64,000 nt of DNA, from contig JANVYQ010000007.1 in assembly GCA_030059675.1 (NCBI GenBank), positions 23,001 through 87,000 on the forward strand, in the 5' to 3' direction. Every line of letters begins with the position of its first letter. Positions within the stretch are counted from its first letter, which is position 1. The stretch is from Candidatus Pelearchaeum maunauluense. Lineage in GTDB: Archaea; Thermoproteota; Nitrososphaeria_A; Caldarchaeales; Caldarchaeaceae. Below, piece by piece: positions 57,720 through 64,000 of the stretch. A model generated the notes under the pieces. The model saw nothing but the letters and a program-made list of their open reading frames with translations. It was not told the origin of the DNA and ran no database searches. A program made the translations under genes and the position numbers.

Positions 57720-58891
57720 TCCACATGGGCATATGCGGCATAGGTATGGGACATGCTTCACGCAGCCTAGCCATAGCCCGCAAATTAATATCACGCGGGC
57801 ATGAAGTCACACTAACCGCATATGGCGATGCTCTAGAATACTTGAGACGAGCAGGGCTGGAACCAAATCCTAACTATGGTGTGTCCTACCAGGTGAGTGG
57901 AGAAGGGGCCGTGTCGTTTAAGCTCTCTCTCACAAAAAACATCTTGCTACCACTTAGATTCTCAGCTCAAGTTGCACGGGAGCTGACGTATATTGAAGAG
58001 GCTGACCCCGATGTAGTTTATAGTGATACGCGCGCATCAACAGTCTTGGCAGCAATAATCGCGGGAAAACCAGTAGCGCTAATGTTGAACGAGTATAATA
58101 TTCCCCTCGATGTCTCCAAATTTAAGAGACTAGCTGCCTATGTTGAGGCTATGATGCAAGCTCCATCCAAACTATGGAATAACGTGAATGTAATAATTAT
58201 TCCAGACTTACCACCACCCTACACAATATCGCTCAGAACATTAAATTTACCCAACAACATAATGAACAAGGTTAGATACGTCGGCCCTTTAACCGAGTTC
58301 AATAATGCCTCCACTAGTGATTGTGAGAATGTTCGTGAGACATATGGAGTAGATGAAGACGAGGTTTTAATATTCTTACACATCAGCGGACCTGAATCAG
58401 AGCGGGAAAGACTTGTTGAGCTACTTCTAGATATTGTACCTAGAATTAGGGGGCCTTATAGGTTTGTTATGTCGCGAGGACGAGCTGGTGGAAATGGCTT
58501 TAAGGAATATGGAAAGTTGATGGTATTTGACTGGATAGAGGATGTTGAGCCGCTACTAAGGTCTTCTGATATTGTTGTCGCTAGGGGTGGTTTGACCATA
58601 ATCTCCAAATGCTTGCTATATGGTCGTAAAATGCTCCTCATACCGATACCGCGGCATGGAGAGCAGAGGGGTAATGCTATGCGCGTAGCCGAGCTTGGGT
58701 TTGGCTTGCTGATTGAGGAGAGCGAGCTTAATGTTATGTCTATGCAAGATGCGTTAGACCGCCTGCGTTGTAGCGATTATTATGATAAACGCTTGCTTGA
58801 TGTTAGGGAACTTATTACACGATTGGGTGGTGTGGAGGAGGTGGCCAGCGTTATTGAGAAACTCGGCACGCATAATGGCTTCTCTATTTAA
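57713..58891 (+). CDS. glycosyltransferase, GT28/MJ1255-like
   Basis: CG.GMGHASRS, PD.PPPYTIS, VGP, RGG.T.I, IP...H.EQ..NA. Confidence 0.85.
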   Translation: MLIHMGICGIGMGHASRSLAIARKLISRGHEVTLTAYGDALEYLRRAGLEPNPNYGVSYQVSGEGAVSFKLSLTKNILLPLRFSAQVARELTYIEEADPDVVYSDTRASTVLAAIIAGKPVALMLNEYNIPLDVSKFKRLAAYVEAMMQAPSKLWNNVNVIIIPDLPPPYTISLRTLNLPNNIMNKVRYVGPLTEFNNASTSDCENVRETYGVDEDEVLIFLHISGPESERERLVELLLDIVPRIRGPYRFVMSRGRAGGNGFKEYGKLMVFDWIEDVEPLLRSSDIVVARGGLTIISKCLLYGRKMLLIPIPRHGEQRGNAMRVAELGFGLLIEESELNVMSMQDALDRLRCSDYYDKRLLDVRELITRLGGVEEVASVIEKLGTHNGFSI

Positions 58892-58949
58892 GATTTGCGC
58901 CTAAACCCTTATCTCTTAACAACATAAACATCACAGACGAAAGGGGTAG

Positions 58950-59462
58950 ATGAGCGAACATCCGCCTAAACTCTTTCCTCCTGAAGCCCGTCTGGGCATG
59001 GTTATTGGCCTCATAGAAGTTGTAGCAGCCGCAGGCGGGCGTGCAGAAATAGCGCAAATTTCACGCGACCTCCAAACAGATATAGACCAGATACTTCCCG
59101 TCGTGGAAGCCGCAGAACAGCTAGGCCTAATCACAGTTGAAGATGGAGAATGCATAGTCACACCGCTGGGCCAGAAGCTCAGCAATCGCCGTTCATCGGG
59201 CAAGAAGCAGATACTAAGAAAGGAGGTCGCGAAGATTGAGCCATTTGCAACAGCGATAAAGCTCTCACGCGAACTACCTGAGGGCTTCACAGCAGAAGAA
59301 GTTGCGTCTTATCTCTCTGAAAAAGCGGGGATAAGCCTTTACGCGGAAAACGTAGAGAAACTGCACGAGCTCTTGGTTGATTGGCTTCTCTATGCGGAGC
59401 TCCTTGAATATAATGGAGATAGTAAACGCTTCAAGGCGCGTGGAACTAGCTCATTAACGTGA
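58950..59462 (+). CDS. stand-alone AAA-associated (NitT/TauT ABC ATPase C-terminal) domain protein
   Basis: GLIE......GRAEI..I..DL..DID..LPVVEAAE.LG.I.VEDG....TP.G; L..LVDW..YAELL.Y. Confidence 0.82.
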   Translation: MSEHPPKLFPPEARLGMVIGLIEVVAAAGGRAEIAQISRDLQTDIDQILPVVEAAEQLGLITVEDGECIVTPLGQKLSNRRSSGKKQILRKEVAKIEPFATAIKLSRELPEGFTAEEVASYLSEKAGISLYAENVEKLHELLVDWLLYAELLEYNGDSKRFKARGTSSLT

Positions 59463-60243
59463 ATATCTCATCCACATATTCGTAGAACTCCCTACTCCTC
59501 CTTATGCGAGGTCGGGGGAGCGAGATATCCAGTGTTGCCGCAATCTTAGCAGGCCGTGGAGTTAATACAATAACTCTATCACAAAGCTCGACGACTTCCT
59601 CAACATCGTGTGATACTAGGACAACAGAGCTTGGGGGGAGACTCTCGCTCAGCCACATGGACTCTATTTCCCTACGTAGGGAGATGGCGGTTAGTGGGTC
59701 TACGTTACTGAACGGCTCATCCATCAGTAGGATATCTGGCTGTGTTACTAGAGCCCTTGCGAGCATTACATTTCTTTTCATGCCATCGCTGAGCTCTGCT
59801 GGGTATGCTGATTCAAAGCCTGAGAGGCCGACCATATTTAGGAACGCGCGACACCTCTCCAGCTTATCCTGCTTGGACAGCTCTTTGTCCTTGCTTAGCG
59901 CCAGCATGACGTTCTCTAACACAGTATACCACGGGAAGAGGGCGAAGTTTTGGAGAACCAGCGCTATTGCTGGTGTAGGACTGTTTAGCGGCTGGCCTTT
60001 ATAATAGACCTCTCCCACCGAGGGCTTAACCAAACCAGCCATAACTTTGAGGAGCGTCGTCTTACCACAGCCGCTGGGGCCAACTATTCCTAGAAACTCG
60101 GTATAGCGAACACTTATAGAAAGCCCCTCAAAAACCTTCACAACCATCCCTTTTCTCAAATTATAACTCATATGGATGTCTCTACACTCCAGTATAGGCT
60201 CTAGAACCCTTGTGGCTGTTCTTGGTTCTTCGCTGACGACCAT
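59446..60243 (-). CDS. ABC transporter ATP-binding protein (NitT/TauT family)
   Basis: GPSGCGKTT, LSDGMKR (variant signature), LLMDEPFS, VSHD. Confidence 0.93.
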   Translation of the reverse strand: MVVSEEPRTATRVLEPILECRDIHMSYNLRKGMVVKVFEGLSISVRYTEFLGIVGPSGCGKTTLLKVMAGLVKPSVGEVYYKGQPLNSPTPAIALVLQNFALFPWYTVLENVMLALSKDKELSKQDKLERCRAFLNMVGLSGFESAYPAELSDGMKRNVMLARALVTQPDILLMDEPFSNVDPLTAISLRREIESMWLSESLPPSSVVLVSHDVEEVVELCDRVIVLTPRPAKIAATLDISLPRPRIRRSREFYEYVDEIFTLMS

Positions 60244-60311
60244 AGCGACTCCCTTTAGGGCTTTCTTGATGCCTGAGCCATAGCAGAACTACATGATATA
60301 GTCTTCTCACA

Positions 60312-60857
60312 CTATTTTACGGCTTCCCGCCTCTCTTGCTGGCCAGACAACACACTCAAAACACAGCCTAGATTAGGTAATAGTAATGGTGTGGATGAAA
60401 CATATTCATTAAATTCGTCTCCGAATCTCTTGGACAAGAAGGGCATCTCATACTTTAGATATAGCATCATGGCTAGTGAAAGTATGATAAAAGCTAGGAT
60501 AATCATTATGTACTCGCCCATATGTAATCCTATTCCGACATACTCCATCGTTGTTCCCAGATACATGGGATTTCGCGTGCATCTATAGATTCCCTCTTTG
60601 ACAAGACGCTGTGGAGGAGAGTAGAAAGGGATGGGCGTACCGCCACCACCATGGCGGTACATATCTATTTCAGCACGTAGCATAATCCAAACACCTATTA
60701 TTACTAGAGATAATCCAAGAAAAGATGCAACACTACTTCCGTAATAATAAGATAGCCCAGCAATACTCCTTACCAAGTACGCTATTATATACAATATACT
60801 CGGAAATACTATGGTAAAGAAAATAAAATGCCCAATAAACAAGAGAGCGCGCTTCAT
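60312..60857 (-). CDS. isoprenylcysteine carboxylmethyltransferase / PEMT family membrane methyltransferase
   Basis: GGTP.P..PP..LV.EG.Y...RNPMYLG, E...L..RFG.EF..Y....P. Confidence 0.9.
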   Translation of the reverse strand: MKRALLFIGHFIFFTIVFPSILYIIAYLVRSIAGLSYYYGSSVASFLGLSLVIIGVWIMLRAEIDMYRHGGGGTPIPFYSPPQRLVKEGIYRCTRNPMYLGTTMEYVGIGLHMGEYIMIILAFIILSLAMMLYLKYEMPFLSKRFGDEFNEYVSSTPLLLPNLGCVLSVLSGQQERREAVK

Positions 60858-60905
60858 TCCAGACTTTAGACATTAGCTTTTCTAACGTAAAAATTTATAC
60901 AAGAT

Positions 60906-62498
60906 TTATTCTGGAAGCTTCCACATTTGTACCGCGTGGTCGTATAGCCTTTTCCAAAAGACGCGGTTTATCATTATTATAACTATTACCATAACAGCCA
61001 CTAGTGAGAGGAGAGTATATACGTCTCCAGTCTCAGCAGCTATGTTGATTAGCTTTCCTAAGCCAGGGGCTTTAATCTCCGCAGTTAATACATCTAATTT
61101 AAGACGCTCCGCTACTACTAGGGTATTCCATGCGCCTCCTGTCGCGGCTATGCATCCAGTTATTAGCGCCGGTATAATGCGAGGAAAATATAACGCTCTA
61201 AGACGTTGAACTCCCTTTATACCCAGCAGGTCTGCAACCTCAAGCTCCTCGCTTGGCGTGTTAGATAGACCTCCAAAGATGGAGAAGAAAACATACCACT
61301 GTGTCCCTAGTGTTATGAGTATGAATGTTCTGAGTTCATCATAATCGTGCAATAGTGTTGCGAAGATTGGGTATGTTATAGTTGCAGGTATGGATGCGAT
61401 GACTTGTAGTAGTGGTATTATGAAGGTTGAGGCTCGTCTGTGTGTGAATAATAAAATAGCAACGGGCAAACTCCATGCTACCGCGAATGCCACTGATATG
61501 GCTACACGGGCAAGTGAGAAGAGTACGGGTATGATTATTCCTTCAATACCCAACCGTGTAAAGCTCTCTACCACACCTACAAAAATATCACCTATTCCCT
61601 TACCCCATGATAACCATACGAGACTGATGACGTAAGCCAATATGGCAAACAGAAGTAGCTGCGCTATAGACCTGCGTATAGCTATTCTCCGCGTTATTCC
61701 CGAAAGTGCGCGGTGAAGTTCTGGATAGTTGGCTATTCCTGGGCGTTTGACCTCAACTCTTGATAGCCGTTCAGATACGATACCTAGTCTGCGTGTTATT
61801 CTGCTAACCCATACCGTTCTGGTCTCGCGCGCAGCTGTCTCAAATCTAAATCGTTCTCCGTAATGCATGAGTGGTAGAAAAACTAGGAGGTTAGTGGTTA
61901 TTACAGCTAGAACTAGGATGGCTAATGTTATTATCATTCCGTACAGGTTTCCTGATGACGCGAATTGGGCCATTAGGGAGCCTAAGCCGAACAATCTTAC
62001 TTGGAGCTGACCGAAGTTTAGTATTTCGCTGGCGACTAGGAAGTATAAGCCATTTGACCATGATGGAGGTATGTTCTGAAAGACACGGAGAAGTGTGGCA
62101 GGTATGTATATTCTAAAGACCCTTTCCAGCCTACCCATACCCAAAGCCTTAGATGCCTCAATCAAATCCGCAGGCACCACGCGAATAGACTCATAGACGG
62201 CAAAGGTTATGTTCCAAACCTGACTTGTGAAGATTAGGAAGATGGCCGCGAGCTCAGGCCCGATGGCTGGGCTCACTATATAGAGAGCGTATATGGCTAT
62301 TGGAAAGAATCCCAGTATGGGTATTGATTGGAGTATGTCTAGTATTGGTATGATTACGCGCTCTGCATTCTTATTTACTCCTGCCAGACCGCCTATAGTG
62401 AATGAGAATGCGAGAGAAAGGAGGAGGGCTACCGACATTCTAAGCCATGAGATGGAGACCGCTGCTCCTGCCAGCCAGACCTCCTCCATCCATGGCAT
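60906..62498 (-). CDS. ABC transporter permease (duplicated NitT/TauT-type TM domains)
   Basis: LDILQSIPILGFFP, FTSQ.WN..F, Q..ASIPA, GTQWY..F, GGAWN..VVAE. Confidence 0.93.
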   Translation of the reverse strand: MPWMEEVWLAGAAVSISWLRMSVALLLSLAFSFTIGGLAGVNKNAERVIIPILDILQSIPILGFFPIAIYALYIVSPAIGPELAAIFLIFTSQVWNITFAVYESIRVVPADLIEASKALGMGRLERVFRIYIPATLLRVFQNIPPSWSNGLYFLVASEILNFGQLQVRLFGLGSLMAQFASSGNLYGMIITLAILVLAVITTNLLVFLPLMHYGERFRFETAARETRTVWVSRITRRLGIVSERLSRVEVKRPGIANYPELHRALSGITRRIAIRRSIAQLLLFAILAYVISLVWLSWGKGIGDIFVGVVESFTRLGIEGIIIPVLFSLARVAISVAFAVAWSLPVAILLFTHRRASTFIIPLLQVIASIPATITYPIFATLLHDYDELRTFILITLGTQWYVFFSIFGGLSNTPSEELEVADLLGIKGVQRLRALYFPRIIPALITGCIAATGGAWNTLVVAERLKLDVLTAEIKAPGLGKLINIAAETGDVYTLLSLVAVMVIVIIMINRVFWKRLYDHAVQMWKLPE

Positions 62499-62531
62499 AA
62501 CTCACGCATGGACTGGGGGGTATATTACTCT

Positions 62532-63458
62532 CTAGGTAGCCTCCTTAAGCATCTGCTTCACGAAATAGGCTGGCAACTCCATTAAAACGCGTTTATAAGG
62601 TGAGTCTGGTATAAGCGCGCTTGACGCTAGTTCTTGGGCTGCATTAATGCGTCGCGCAATTTCTTTCAGCAAGAACTCCTCTGATGGGATTTTGGGAGAT
62701 AGAGCTCTCATGAGTGTGCTCATGCGGCCAGTTTTAGAAGCTATAGACGCCCTCAAAACTCTATCGCGTATCTCATGGAATACATAGAGCATTCTCCCAT
62801 AGCGTTTTCTTTTGATGGATTCTGCCAAGTCGTCTGCAAGTTGGTACGCGGTTCCAACCTCGCATCCATATTTCTTTACTAGGGTTTTTAAATCCTCATC
62901 CGCATCTGCTAAAACAGCGGCCGACTCTGTAGCAGCCTCAAATAACGAGGCCGTCTTCTCACGTATTATTCTGAGATAAAGCTCTGTCGTTAGGCGTGTG
63001 CTTGCTATAGTCTCCTCCAAGATGCCGCGTGATGCCTTATCCCATGCCTCTACAAATATACGCGCGAGCTCCATACCCTTCTCCAGAACTGTCTCAAAGG
63101 CCAGGTTGATTATTCTATGCCCCTCAAGAAGGGCTTTCCCTACACCTATCTGTCTCCATAATGCCAAACTACCACGCCGCTTATAGTCTAAGTCAAGTAT
63201 ATCGTCATGGACTAGACTTGCGCTATGGGCCAGCTCAAGCGCGCAGGCCACATCAAGGGCCTTTACATAATCTCTCCCACCGAGAGCCTTGAAGGTGACA
63301 AGTAGTAGAAGCGGCCTTAGTCTCTTGCCCCCTGCTATAGCCCGCTCTATAAGGAACCTATCGCTTCGTTTATTTATTCTTCGTTGTAGCTGTTGCTCTA
63401 AGTCGTTGCGCAATTGACCTATTATCTCCTCAACTTTGGCCTCCTCAAGCAGTGTCAA
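62532..63458 (-). CDS. polyprenyl diphosphate synthase family protein (divergent second Asp-rich motif)
   Basis: GGKRLRP, HSASLVHDDILD....RRG (FARM), KTASLF, YQLADDLAE (SARM variant). Confidence 0.88.
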   Translation of the reverse strand: MTLLEEAKVEEIIGQLRNDLEQQLQRRINKRSDRFLIERAIAGGKRLRPLLLLVTFKALGGRDYVKALDVACALELAHSASLVHDDILDLDYKRRGSLALWRQIGVGKALLEGHRIINLAFETVLEKGMELARIFVEAWDKASRGILEETIASTRLTTELYLRIIREKTASLFEAATESAAVLADADEDLKTLVKKYGCEVGTAYQLADDLAESIKRKRYGRMLYVFHEIRDRVLRASIASKTGRMSTLMRALSPKIPSEEFLLKEIARRINAAQELASSALIPDSPYKRVLMELPAYFVKQMLKEAT

Positions 63459-63523
63459 TTGAACTACCTTGGTCTATCAGACGCTTTATTTACGTTAGTC
63501 GTTATTTAAATCTTATAAACGTA

Positions 63524-63934
63524 TTAAAGATACTGCCGAAGCTTGGACTCTATTGCACGTCTTGGTACCGCTCCTATTATGGCATCAACAGGCTTTCCTT
63601 CGCGGAAGATTAGGAGCGTCGGTATGCTCATTATACCGAATTTAGCTGCTGTGCGTGGGTTTTCATCAACATTCAGCTTTGCGAAGACGACTTTACCAGC
63701 ATAGTCATGTGCGAGCTCCTTCACTATTGGAGCTATAGCTCTGCATGGCGCGCACCAGGCTGCCCAGAAATCAATCACCACCAGCGGATACGTTGATACT
63801 AGTTCGTCAAAATTCATATCAGTAGCCTCCACGGGCTCTGACGGCCATTCCATACTCTCTTCCTCCTTTTTGCCCCCTGACAACAGCTCAGCCATCTTTC
63901 TCATCTTAATACGTTCTAACTCTGCATCATCCAT
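63524..63934 (-). CDS. trxA: thioredoxin
   Basis: DFWAAWCAPC, KLNVDENP, SIPTL. Confidence 0.96.
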   Translation of the reverse strand: MDDAELERIKMRKMAELLSGGKKEEESMEWPSEPVEATDMNFDELVSTYPLVVIDFWAAWCAPCRAIAPIVKELAHDYAGKVVFAKLNVDENPRTAAKFGIMSIPTLLIFREGKPVDAIIGAVPRRAIESKLRQYL

Positions 63935-64000
63935 AGTTGGTCTGCCGCTCTAGTCTTTCCAGCCATTAATAAAGTGTTGTCTAAAGCGTTTAATTGCACA

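Overview
Densely packed, mostly housekeeping archaeal chromosome segment. Ribosomal protein S25e, a single-OB crenarchaeal-type SSB, class I LysRS, EgsA, RadA and the ValRS type point to a TACK archaeon, most likely a thermophilic Aigarchaeota/Caldarchaeales-like organism (inference). It contains about 65 CDS and one intron-containing tRNA-Pro(GGG). I found no rRNA, CRISPR, transposase or integrase. The best candidate for an undescribed system is a co-oriented lrp - glyA-like - mvaD-like cluster (4666-7303). Both enzymes keep their family fold motifs but lack canonical catalytic or cofactor residues: the SHMT-fold protein lacks the YAEG Glu, the GGH His and the folate-binding loop, and the phosphomevalonate-decarboxylase homologue has Gln in place of the catalytic Asp. 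This suggests a folate-independent PLP aldolase plus kinase pathway. Other points: an OPTI/EMC6 (Rab5ip)-like membrane protein; two +1 frameshifted genes (an RHH-zinc-finger fusion and an orphan N4/N6 DNA methyltransferase); an amber codon at codon 3 of a dsrE gene; a tRNA 3' trailer complementary to its own intron splice junction; a coiled-coil/wHTH/Hjc trio; and frequent TTG starts. All family calls come from motif recognition by eye; no searches were run.
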